DNA of 64,000 nt from Candidatus Aenigmatarchaeota archaeon (GTDB lineage Archaea; Aenigmatarchaeota; Aenigmatarchaeia; PWEA01; JACQIF01). The stretch covers positions 714,112 through 778,111 of the forward strand of contig CP066684.1 in the NCBI GenBank assembly GCA_016432325.1. The letters run 5' to 3'. Of this stretch, positions 31,768-40,002 are shown one piece after another. Position 1 is the stretch's first letter; every line of letters begins with the position of its first letter. The notes beneath the pieces were generated by a model. It searched no databases, was not told where the DNA came from, and saw only the letters and a list, made by a program, of their open reading frames with translations. Position numbers and translations under genes: made by a program.

Positions 31768-33468
31768 ATGCATCGCACAGACGTCCTCGTCATCGGTTCT
31801 GGCGCCGCAGGACTCCGCACGGCCATAGAGCTCAACGAACGCGGCGTTGACGTTCTCGTTCTGGGGAAATGCAAAAGGGGCGACGCGCACACTGTTATGG
31901 CTACTGGCGGGATAAATGCCGCCCTCGCAACGATGGATACCAAGGATTCGTGGCTCGTGCACGTGGCCGACACTTTGAAAGAGGGTCGCTTCATCGCAGA
32001 CGCGCGGGAGGTTGAGCTGCTGTGCAGGAACGCTCCGCGCGCGATAAAAGAACTGGCCGATTGGGGCGTCAAATTTCACCGTGAAGCGGACGGCCGCCTG
32101 ACGCAACGCTTCTTCGGAGCGCACACTTACAGACGAACGTGCTTTGTCGGAGATGAGACAGGGAAAGATATAGAGCGCGCACTTGTTAAAGAGGCCGAGA
32201 GAAGGAAGATTCAGATTCTTGGCGAGATGTACATAACAAAACTTCTCAAAAGCGGAGGAACGGTTAACGGCGCGGCCGGCTTTGACATGCGTACGAACGA
32301 GCAGTTCGTCTGCGCGGCGAAGGCAGTGGTGCTCGCCACGGGCGGCCACTCGCGCCTGTATCGCCGCTCCTCATCGCGCATCATGGAGAACACGGGCGAC
32401 GGCGTCACGTTAGCGTACGAAGCAGGCGCGCTTCTCGAAGACATGGAGATGGTCCAGTTCCATCCCACAGGAATGGTCTGGCCGCCTGTGATGGAAGGGA
32501 CGCTCGTCACCGAGGCGGTTAGGGGCGAAGGCGGAGTGCTGACGAATGCGAAAGGACAACACTTCATGACAAAGTATGACAGACGCGGAGAGCTGGGTCC
32601 GCGTGACGTCGTGGCGCGCGCGATTTATAACGAGATTATTTCTGGACGCGCGACAAAGCATCATGGAGTATGGCTCGACGTTACGAAGCTCCCGAAGGAA
32701 AAGATTCTTGAGAGGATTCCGAAGGTCTATCGCCAGTTCGCGGAGGCCGGCGTGGACGTCACGCGTGAGCGCATGGAGGTCGCGCCAACGGCGCATTATT
32801 CGATGGGTGGCGTTCACGTAAAGAACGGTGCGACGCGCGTTCGCGGTCTCTACGCGGTCGGCGAAGTCACGAGCGGCGTCCACGGCGCGAACCGTCTCGG
32901 AGGCAATTCGCTCGCAGAGACCGTTGTTTTCGGAAGGCTTGTCGGCGAAGCCGTGGCGAAGTTCTGCAAGAGAACGAAACGAACAGAAGCGGATGCGCGG
33001 GCCGTTGAGAGGGCGCAGATTGAACTCGAGGATTTGAGGAAACAGAAAGGGAAATACGCTCCGCGGGATTTGCGCGCAGAACTTCAAAACGTTATGTGGG
33101 ACAATGCAGGAATAGTGAGGAACGCGCGCGACCTGAAAGAAGGGATGGAGAGGCTGGGCGAACTGAGAAAGAAGATGGACGAAATGGACATATCGGGGAC
33201 GGCCGAGCGCCTGGTGACGGCCCTCGACTTGAAGAATCTCCTCGTGCCTGCGGAAGCCGTTCTCAGAAGCGCGCTTGTCCGTTGCGAGAGCAGGGGCGCG
33301 CACTACCGTTCGGACTATCCGGAAGAGAGCAGGCGATGGACCGCGAATATAGGATGTTCAAAAGGCAGCGGCGGAATGACCGTTTCGAAGAGACCCGTTC
33401 CGAAACCTTCTGAAGCGATCCTGAAGGCCGTCAAAAGTGTAGGAGCCGCGCACAAGCTCCTTGAGTAG
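31768..33468 (+). CDS. succinate dehydrogenase/fumarate reductase flavoprotein subunit family (SdhA/FrdA/TfrA-like)
   Basis: DVLVIGSGAAGLRTA (FAD GxGxxG). DAHTVMATGGINAAL includes the His at the covalent-FAD position, which L-aspartate oxidase lacks. Also HPTG, RGEGG, HYSMGG and CESRGAHYRSDYPE. No Fe-S subunit gene is adjacent. Confidence 0.8.
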   Translation: MHRTDVLVIGSGAAGLRTAIELNERGVDVLVLGKCKRGDAHTVMATGGINAALATMDTKDSWLVHVADTLKEGRFIADAREVELLCRNAPRAIKELADWGVKFHREADGRLTQRFFGAHTYRRTCFVGDETGKDIERALVKEAERRKIQILGEMYITKLLKSGGTVNGAAGFDMRTNEQFVCAAKAVVLATGGHSRLYRRSSSRIMENTGDGVTLAYEAGALLEDMEMVQFHPTGMVWPPVMEGTLVTEAVRGEGGVLTNAKGQHFMTKYDRRGELGPRDVVARAIYNEIISGRATKHHGVWLDVTKLPKEKILERIPKVYRQFAEAGVDVTRERMEVAPTAHYSMGGVHVKNGATRVRGLYAVGEVTSGVHGANRLGGNSLAETVVFGRLVGEAVAKFCKRTKRTEADARAVERAQIELEDLRKQKGKYAPRDLRAELQNVMWDNAGIVRNARDLKEGMERLGELRKKMDEMDISGTAERLVTALDLKNLLVPAEAVLRSALVRCESRGAHYRSDYPEESRRWTANIGCSKGSGGMTVSKRPVPKPSEAILKAVKSVGAAHKLLE

Positions 33469-33523
33469 TTAAACGCGCGTTCACCGGAGCCATTTATATT
33501 GCCCCGCGCCGACCGCCTCTTCT

Positions 33524-34765
33524 ATGCCAACCAAGGACACCAACGGCGACCTGAAGAAGGCGGCCTTGAAATACCATGCGGACGCGCCGGCAGGAAAGAT
33601 AGGAATCGTTCCCACAAAACATCTGAGGGGCAAGAAGGACCTTGCTCTGGCGTACACGCCTGGCGTGGTTTACCCGTGCCTCGAAATCAAGGAGAACGTT
33701 GAACGCGCCTATGACTACACATCCAAAGGAAACACTATCGCAATTCTTACAGACGGCTCGCGCATTCTTGGCTTGGGCAACATCGGGCCTGAAGCCGGAC
33801 TGCCGGTGATGGAAGGAAAGTCATTGCTGTTCAAGATGCTCGGAGACGTGGACGCCATACCGATATGCGTGCGTTCGCAGGACACGCAACGGATCGTGGA
33901 TACGATGGTCGATATATCTCCGGGGTTCGGAGGCGTCAACGTGGAAGACATCAAGCATCCGAGATGCTTCGAGGTGGAGGAAACGCTCGAAAGAAGACTG
34001 GACATTCCCATATTCCACGACGATCAACACGGAACGGCCGTTGTCACGCTCGCCGGTCTGATGAATGCGTTTAAAGTAACCGGCAGGAAGCTTCGCGATG
34101 CGCGCATTGTGGTCAACGGCGCAGGCGCCGCCGGCCGCGGCATAACGAAATTGCTTTTGCACGCAGGAGCTCGGGACGTCATAGTTATCGACACCAAGGG
34201 ACCCCTATACGAAGGGCGCGCGGGGATGGACCGGTTCAAGGCAGAGCTCGCGATGCATACGAACCCCGACAGAAGAAATGGAGGTCTTGAGAACGTGATG
34301 ATTGACGCGGACGTGTTTATCGGAGCGTCTTCCGCCGGACTCCTGGACCCGAAGCTTGTGCGCGTGATGAACGACAAACCGATAGTCTTCGCGCTTGCGA
34401 ACCCGGTTCCTGAAATAGACCCGCTCGAAGCCAAGAGAGCGGGCGCGGCCGTTGTCGGAACTGGCTCTTCCCGCTACGCTAACCAGATTAACAACGTGCT
34501 CGCTTTCCCCGGGATGATGCGCGGCATGCTCGACGTGCGCGCGAAACGAATAAACGACGAGATGAAACTCGCGGCCGCGCAAGCCATCGCAGACAGCGTC
34601 AAGCCAACAGCCGAGCGCGTCGTGCCTGACGCACGCACGGTCGTGGCGCACAAGGTAGCCGCTGCGGTCGCCAAGGCCGCAGAGAGCACCGGCGCCGCAA
34701 GGAAAGGAATAGGAGGCCTGAAGAAGTACGAGAAAAGCGTCTACGACAGGATAGCGGCGCGCTAA
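33524..34765 (+). CDS. NAD(P)-dependent malic enzyme (short form)
   Basis: 413 aa. DLALAYTPGV, ILTDGSRILGLGNIGPEAGLPVMEGKSLLFK, FGGVNVEDIKHPRCF, FHDDQHGTAVV and VVNGAGAAG. Confidence 0.9.
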   Translation: MPTKDTNGDLKKAALKYHADAPAGKIGIVPTKHLRGKKDLALAYTPGVVYPCLEIKENVERAYDYTSKGNTIAILTDGSRILGLGNIGPEAGLPVMEGKSLLFKMLGDVDAIPICVRSQDTQRIVDTMVDISPGFGGVNVEDIKHPRCFEVEETLERRLDIPIFHDDQHGTAVVTLAGLMNAFKVTGRKLRDARIVVNGAGAAGRGITKLLLHAGARDVIVIDTKGPLYEGRAGMDRFKAELAMHTNPDRRNGGLENVMIDADVFIGASSAGLLDPKLVRVMNDKPIVFALANPVPEIDPLEAKRAGAAVVGTGSSRYANQINNVLAFPGMMRGMLDVRAKRINDEMKLAAAQAIADSVKPTAERVVPDARTVVAHKVAAAVAKAAESTGAARKGIGGLKKYEKSVYDRIAAR

Positions 34766-34799
34766 TCAAAGTTATAAACCCACAATATAAATTCGCTCC

Positions 34800-35495
34800 A
34801 TGGTCAATGAAGGCGGTCTGCTCAACGGACTAATGCTCGTTGCGGCATCTTTCATCTTCTTGTTGAGCGTCTATCTGGAACACCGCCGGTGGAAAGATCT
34901 CCTATCCTCGAGCGCGATGGGCATCTCTACGGTCTTCTGGACGCTGGCCGGAGCGCTCACGTTCTTCATGGGCGCGAGACAGATAGCCGCATATTTCGGG
35001 GCTTATGGAATCGACAAGACGTTTTTCCTGGCGGCAGGGATACCCGGCTCTATAATCGCCGCGCCTGTGATAGGACTATTGGTCTTTACGCTCACTGGAG
35101 ACAGAAAGAGGACCCTGCTTGCCGAGCTGGCAGTGGCCCTTCTGGCGCTCTGGAGCGTGATACTCGCGGCTCAGGAAGGTTTCGTCGGACCGCACGTCAC
35201 CTACTGGGGAACTCAATATGACCTTGTGAGCGGTCTCGCCAAGATTGTGATAATGGCCGGACTGCTCCTTCCCGGAGTCATAGGCTCCGCGGCCCTTCTG
35301 TGGATGTCCAGATATTCGCAGTCTCCCAGAATCGGGCGCTCCCTGTTCCTGTCGTCGCTCTCGATGCTCGTGTTCATGGCTTCGGTTTCGCTGGATACTA
35401 TTATCGGAGGCAGCAGCGGAGAGTTAATATTGCTGTTCAGGTTGCTGGTCGTGGCGAGCGCGGTTCTTGCGTTCAGGGCGTACGCCGTCGAATAG
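34800..35495 (+). CDS. hypothetical polytopic membrane protein (231 aa)
   Basis: Six to seven hydrophobic segments. No recognisable motif. Confidence 0.55.
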   Translation: MVNEGGLLNGLMLVAASFIFLLSVYLEHRRWKDLLSSSAMGISTVFWTLAGALTFFMGARQIAAYFGAYGIDKTFFLAAGIPGSIIAAPVIGLLVFTLTGDRKRTLLAELAVALLALWSVILAAQEGFVGPHVTYWGTQYDLVSGLAKIVIMAGLLLPGVIGSAALLWMSRYSQSPRIGRSLFLSSLSMLVFMASVSLDTIIGGSSGELILLFRLLVVASAVLAFRAYAVE

Positions 35496-35792
35496 CTAGC
35501 CTTCGAGTATTTCTCCGAAGCACCTGCGGAAGTAGTCCCTGGCGTATCGCATGGTCTTCGTTCCTTCCGGCGTCAGCGCGTAGACGATGGTCTTGCCGCG
35601 CTTCTCCCCCTTTATCAGTTTCTTCGTCGTGAGGTCCTTGAGCGCCGGGTATATCGTGCCGGCCTTGGGCTTGCCGCCGCGGCGCTTGCCTATCTCCTGC
35701 GCGAGCTCCTCCCCGTGCATCGGCTTCTTCGCGAGCAGGTAGAGTATCTGGAAGGAAAGCATCCCCCGCATGTCGCAGCCTATTTTTTTCAT
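35496..35792 (-). CDS. PadR family transcriptional regulator
   Basis: LSFQILYLLAKKPMHGEELAQEI...GTIYPALKDLTTKKLIKGEKRGKTIVYALTPEG is the PadR wHTH signature. The start is trimmed to MKKIG, about 28 nt downstream of the TATA (ctatataaata). Confidence 0.85.
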   Translation of the reverse strand: MKKIGCDMRGMLSFQILYLLAKKPMHGEELAQEIGKRRGGKPKAGTIYPALKDLTTKKLIKGEKRGKTIVYALTPEGTKTMRYARDYFRRCFGEILEG

Positions 35793-35807
35793 ATCACCAC
35801 GCCAAGT

Positions 35808-35861
35808 ATAGGGCATCCTATGTATTTATATAGTAATCGTGTCCAATATAGGACATCCGAT
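35808..35861. promoter_or_regulatory. bidirectional promoter with two related operator-like sites ATAGG-N4-CC(T/G)AT flanking a TTTATATA box
   Basis: ATAGGGCATCCTAT lies at 35808..35821 and ATAGGACATCCGAT at about 35848..35861. The TATA is at about 35824..35834. The region sits between padR (-) and the 35984 operon (+). Confidence 0.45.
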
Positions 35862-35983
35862 ACGACGTTACGGAGGTGTATGAAAGGGAGCGCCTTTCAA
35901 ACCTGCACGGGAACGGCGGTTCCCGGCATGCCGGCGGCGAGGCTGCCGTGCATCCTCGCAAGCGCATACGGAGGTGAGTTCAA

Positions 35984-36232
35984 ATGATGTGCAACATTTC
36001 GGCATGCGATGAGAGCGAATACGACTACCTCGAATCGAGGCTGACAGCATTCGCCGAGGCCGCGCACAAGCAGCTGCTTTTCGAGAAGATAAAGCAGAAG
36101 ATAGAGGAGAAGGAAGGCGCGAAACTCGACAAGATAGCCGACCTGCTCGTGGACGCGTTTTCGAGCGAGCAGAACGCGGAGAGAAGCCGCGAAGAGTTCA
36201 GGGACAAGCTGAGAGAAACGTTTGAGGAGTAG
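35984..36232 (+). CDS. hypothetical acidic helical protein (82 aa)
   Basis: SD GGAGGTGA lies 6 nt upstream of the ATG. The flavin reductase-like gene follows 2 nt later. Confidence 0.55.
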   Translation: MMCNISACDESEYDYLESRLTAFAEAAHKQLLFEKIKQKIEEKEGAKLDKIADLLVDAFSSEQNAERSREEFRDKLRETFEE

Positions 36233-36234
36233 AA

Positions 36235-36801
36235 ATGAACGTAGAATACGGAAGCGAAGAGGCGCACAAGTTCGTTACGAACGTGGGACTGGTCACCAGC
36301 GACGGGCCGCACGGGCCGAACGTGATGGCCTGCGAGTGGACGCACCACGTCTCGTACGAACCCGGTCTTATTGTTATAAACGTGGACGCCGCGGATGCGA
36401 CGGCCGACAACATCCGCGCGACCGGCGAGTTCGGCGTCTCTCTCGCCGCCGAAGACCAGAGTGTCGTTTCGAGCGTCGCAGGCGGCTCCCACGGCCAGAG
36501 CGTCGACAAGATTGCTGTTCTGAAAGAAATGGGCGTCGAGTTCTACGCGGGAAAGAAAATAAAGGCGCCGATGATAAAAGGAGTCGCTCTGAGCGTGGAG
36601 TGCCGCGTCGTCGAAACGCGCGAACTGGGAGACCATGTGATGTTCGTGGGCGAAGCCGTTGACGTGCGGATGTCCGACAAACCGCCTCTCGTGTATCACG
36701 GCGGCAAGTACTGGAAGGTAGGGGAGCGCGTAGAGAAGCCGTCGCAGGACGTTCTGGAGAGCATAAAGAGGCTCGTTGAGAAGCACAGGAAAGGCGCGTA
36801 G
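36235..36801 (+). CDS. flavin reductase-like (FMN-binding split-barrel) domain protein
   Basis: VGLVTSDGPHGPNVMACEWTHHVSYEPGLIVINV and GDHVMFVGEAVDV are typical of the Flavin_Reduct family. Confidence 0.7.
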   Translation: MNVEYGSEEAHKFVTNVGLVTSDGPHGPNVMACEWTHHVSYEPGLIVINVDAADATADNIRATGEFGVSLAAEDQSVVSSVAGGSHGQSVDKIAVLKEMGVEFYAGKKIKAPMIKGVALSVECRVVETRELGDHVMFVGEAVDVRMSDKPPLVYHGGKYWKVGERVEKPSQDVLESIKRLVEKHRKGA

Positions 36802-36831
36802 GTTAATATTATAAGCAATCAAATCCTGTGC

Positions 36832-38283
36832 ATGCACTATCGCACCGAGCGCGACGTACTGGGCGAGAAACGCGTTCCGGCGGACGCGTACTACGGCATA
36901 TTCACCGAACGCGCGCTTGAGACGTTTCGCATATCCGGGACGCGGACGCATTCTAAGATGATATGGGCTCTCGGCGTGATAAAGGAGGCCGCGGCAGAAG
37001 CGAATCGCGAGCTGGATATGCTCGACCAGAAGGCTGCGAGCGCCATTGTGAAGGCGTGCAAGGAGGTCCAGAACGGCAAGTTCAACCATTTCTTCGTTGT
37101 CGACGACTATCAGGCCGGCGCAGGCACTCCGATGAACATGAACGCTAATGAGGTCATCGCGAACCGCGCGACAGAACTGCTGGGCGGCGCTCTCGGCGAG
37201 TACAAGGTCAACCCGCATGACCACGTCAATATGGGCCAATCTTCCAACAATGTGATACCCACAGCGATGCGCATATCCACGTTCTTCATGATGAACTCGC
37301 TAATAACAGAGCTGCGAATGCTCGAGGCGTCGCTGCGCAAGAAGTCGCAGAAGTTCCGTGACGTAATCAAGGTCGGACGCACGCATCTGCAGGATGCGGT
37401 CCCGCTGCTTCTTGGACAGGAGTTCGAGGCGTACGCCGAGTACGTCAAGCGCGGCTACATGAGACTAAAGAACGCACAGGACGAACTGCGCGAACTTGGA
37501 ATAGGAGGCACGGCGATTGGCACGCAGATAACCGCACATCCGAACTTCAGGAAGACCTGCGTGAAACACATCAACAAGATTACAGGCGAGAGATTCCACC
37601 ACACAGAGAGCGCCGTATACCTGACACAGAGTGTGGACGTGTTCGTTCACGTTTCGGCGGAACTGCGCGCTCTCGCGACCGATATGCTCAAGGTGTGCAA
37701 CGACTTGGTTCTGCTCACTTCAGGACCGAAAGCCGGTTTCCATGAGATTGAACTGCCTCCGGTGGAGCCCGGTTCGTCGTTGATGCCCGGGAAGGTAAAT
37801 CCTTCCGTGGTCGAGGCATACAAGATGGTCTGTCTGCAAGTATTGGGCAACGACCACACAATAGAACACGCCTCGCGCGAAGGACAGCTCGAGCTGAACG
37901 CGATGACGCCTGTTATTTCCCACAATCTTTTGCAGAGCATCGATCTGCTTACGAACGGCACGAAGATGTTCAGGGAGAGATGCGTCGACGGGATAAAGGC
38001 AAACAGAGAAGTCTGCGAGCGCACCTTCACCAACAGCCTTTCTGTTGCAACGGCACTCACGCCTTATCTCGGATACGAGGTGACGGCCCATCTGGTTAAA
38101 GAATCGCTGAGCAAAGGCGTGACGATAAGAGACGCTGTTCTTGACAGCGCGCTGATGAGCGAGGCAGAGCTGACGCGCGTCCTGAATCCGCAGAGGCTCA
38201 CGCGTCCGTCCATAGTGGACCGCGCTTTGAAGGAGAAGATTTTGCGCAGCGATGCGTTCCGCAAGCTGGCGAGGAAGGTTTGA
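36832..38283 (+). CDS. class II fumarase/aspartase family lyase, most like aspartate ammonia-lyase
   Basis: The signature GSSLMPGKVNP is present. VPADAYYGIFTERAL and QAGAGTPMNMNANEVIANRA resemble AspA more than FumC (which has WGAQTQRS / QTGSGTQ). Confidence 0.8.
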   Translation: MHYRTERDVLGEKRVPADAYYGIFTERALETFRISGTRTHSKMIWALGVIKEAAAEANRELDMLDQKAASAIVKACKEVQNGKFNHFFVVDDYQAGAGTPMNMNANEVIANRATELLGGALGEYKVNPHDHVNMGQSSNNVIPTAMRISTFFMMNSLITELRMLEASLRKKSQKFRDVIKVGRTHLQDAVPLLLGQEFEAYAEYVKRGYMRLKNAQDELRELGIGGTAIGTQITAHPNFRKTCVKHINKITGERFHHTESAVYLTQSVDVFVHVSAELRALATDMLKVCNDLVLLTSGPKAGFHEIELPPVEPGSSLMPGKVNPSVVEAYKMVCLQVLGNDHTIEHASREGQLELNAMTPVISHNLLQSIDLLTNGTKMFRERCVDGIKANREVCERTFTNSLSVATALTPYLGYEVTAHLVKESLSKGVTIRDAVLDSALMSEAELTRVLNPQRLTRPSIVDRALKEKILRSDAFRKLARKV

Positions 38284-38313
38284 GTTTATATCCTTTTCCG
38301 TCCATCTGAGGCC

Positions 38314-39432
38314 ATGGTCGATGTGGCGAGGATTCTCGAAGACTATAATAAAGAAGCCCTCACTGTCGCAACTCTCGGTTCTCACAGCGCGCTTGACATC
38401 GCGAAGGGAGCGCACGACGAAGGCTTTCAGACGCTTGTCGTCGGCCAAGACGGGCGGGAAGGGCCGTATCAGAAATATCGACATGACTGCGATGAGAACG
38501 ATTTTTGCAGGGGCTGCATAAACCACGTCGAAGTTCTGGACAAGTTTACAGATATGGCAACACCAGAGTTTGTGGAAGGACTTCAGACGCGCAATGCCAT
38601 CTTCGTTCCACATCGTTCTTTCTCCGTTTACGTTGCGCATAAGATAGGCTACGATGCCGTCATGGACATGGAGGTTCCGTTCTTCGGCAACCGCGCGCTC
38701 TTGCAGGCGGAGGAGCGCGGACCCCTGGCGCCCAAGCTTAATCAGGATGCGCTTCTTGAACTTGCCGACATTCCGCGGCCGAGGACGTTCGCATCGCCGG
38801 ACGAAATCGATATGACCGCCATCGTCAAGGTAAGCAAGGGCCACGGCGACCGCGCCTTCGAGCGTTCGTTCTTCTACGCGCGCAACAAAGAGGAGTTCTG
38901 GCAGAAGGGTAGCAAACTGGTCGGCGAAGGGAAGACGACGCGCGAGCAGCTAAAGGATGCGCACATGGAAGAGTACGTCCATTCGGTCCGCGAAGACGCG
39001 CTTGGAAACGTTCTGGAAGTTCCGGCGCCCAAGTACAACTTCAATTTCTTCAATTCGCCGTTCCACGGACTCGAGTTGCTCGGAATCGACACGCGTGTCC
39101 AGGCTTCCAACGGCGAAGAGCTTGCGCATCACCCCGGCAGCCTGAAGGAGTCTTTGCTTTCGCAGGTCTTCGACCTAGGCGAGAGGTTCGTTAATGTTGC
39201 GAAAAAGCACGCCGCGCCCGGAGTCATCGGACCGTTCGCCCTGCAGGCCATTTTCAAGGGAGAGAAGGCGCTCGTGTACGACGCGAGCCTGCGAATGCCG
39301 GGCTCTCCTGACACGGAGTTCACTCCGTATTCAGGATATCTGTTTGGCAAACCTGTCAGCTTCGGCAGGCGCATAGCGATGGAGATAAGGGAGGCAGCCG
39401 GCAGGGACGAGCTTCTGGAAGTAGTTACTTGA
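38314..39432 (+). CDS. purP: 5-formaminoimidazole-4-carboxamide ribonucleotide (FAICAR) synthetase, archaeal PurP
   Basis: VATLGSHSALDIAKGAHDEGFQTLVV and an ATP-grasp C-terminal half. At 372 aa the length fits PurP. Confidence 0.75.
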   Translation: MVDVARILEDYNKEALTVATLGSHSALDIAKGAHDEGFQTLVVGQDGREGPYQKYRHDCDENDFCRGCINHVEVLDKFTDMATPEFVEGLQTRNAIFVPHRSFSVYVAHKIGYDAVMDMEVPFFGNRALLQAEERGPLAPKLNQDALLELADIPRPRTFASPDEIDMTAIVKVSKGHGDRAFERSFFYARNKEEFWQKGSKLVGEGKTTREQLKDAHMEEYVHSVREDALGNVLEVPAPKYNFNFFNSPFHGLELLGIDTRVQASNGEELAHHPGSLKESLLSQVFDLGERFVNVAKKHAAPGVIGPFALQAIFKGEKALVYDASLRMPGSPDTEFTPYSGYLFGKPVSFGRRIAMEIREAAGRDELLEVVT

Positions 39433-39452
39433 GTCTTGCCGACCAGAAAGTC

Positions 39453-39460
39453 TATTTAAA
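39453..39460 (+). promoter_or_regulatory. TATA box (TATTTAAA) upstream of the tRNA-Leu(GAG) locus
   Basis: Centred 29.5 nt upstream of the pseudo-5' copy at 39486, and 78 nt upstream of tRNA position 1 at 39535. Confidence 0.55.
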
Positions 39461-39485
39461 AGGGCCGGCTCATCAGGAAACATAT

Positions 39486-39534
39486 GCGGGAGTAGCCAGA
39501 ACTGCGGTTCTGAAACTCCCCCATTGAAGAACAT
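39486..39534 (+). other. promoter-proximal duplicate of the tRNA-Leu(GAG) 5' end, folded as a hairpin (leader or extra intron)
   Basis: GCGGGAGTAGCC (39486..39497) is identical to tRNA positions 1-12. GGGAGT pairs with ACTCCC (39515..39520), enclosing the hairpin AGAAC-TGCG-GTTCT. Confidence 0.6.
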
Positions 39535-39756
39535 GCGGGAGTAGCCTAGACTGGTCAATGGCGCCGGCTTGAGGGGCCGGTTCCTTAGTGGATTCGCCGG
39601 TTCAAAGCTTTTTGCGCCAATGCGCATAAAGCTCAACGCGCAAAAGGCTTTAGCAGAAATACGCCTTCGTGCATCTTCGAACGATTGCGTTCGAAGTATT
39701 TCGGACGCAGTCCGAAAACGAAGGCGCGCGTTTCGAAATTCCGGCCTCCCGCACCA
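39535..39756 (+). tRNA. tRNA-Leu(GAG), one 133-nt T-loop intron (59/60), CCA encoded
   Basis: Exons are 39535..39606 and 39740..39753. Acceptor GCGGGAG/CTCCCGC plus A plus CCA. Anticodon arm CCGGC-TTGAGGG-GCCGG. Long variable arm TTCCTTAGTGGATTC. T arm GCCGG-TTCAAA[39607..39739]T-CCGGC. Mature length is 86 nt. Confidence 0.85.
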
Positions 39757-39786
39757 CTATTTATTCGTTTACACGAAGCGTTGTCC

Positions 39787-40002
39787 ATGGCATGCGATAC
39801 GTGTGGCTCGAAGGAAGATCATGACATCTGCATTCTAGGAGTAGAACGGTTGGACATGTACTACGATCCGGCAGGCATCGATGACATGGCGGAACCGCCG
39901 ATCGACGAATACGCCGAGAGGAGATTGCGATTGTCTTCTGCCGGCAATCGATCCAACCAAAGAAAACTCGACGACTACGTTATTTCTTCCCTGCCTTCTT
40001 GA
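39787..40002 (+). CDS. possible small acidic protein (71 aa, MACDTCGSKEDHDICILG...)
   Basis: TATA-like ctatttattcg is centred about 25 nt upstream of the ATG (leaderless spacing). This is the tail of track ORF 39685..40002. It overlaps the convergent lysS by 23 nt. Confidence 0.35.
   Translation: MACDTCGSKEDHDICILGVERLDMYYDPAGIDDMAEPPIDEYAERRLRLSSAGNRSNQRKLDDYVISSLPS

Noticed and set aside
35880-35987. 35-codon ORF (MKGSAFQTCTGTAVPG...) preceded by GGAGGTG and overlapping the next start (ATGATG).
   Set aside because: The SD-to-ATG spacing is only 1 nt, whereas the other genes in the window have 4-7 nt. It may simply be 5' UTR. I kept it as unproven rather than annotating it.
36025-38844. 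404-aa (36025..37239) and 374-aa (37720..38844) ORFs on the minus strand.
   Set aside because: They lie antisense to the well-supported flavin reductase-like, AspA-like and purP genes. Their composition is that of shadow ORFs.
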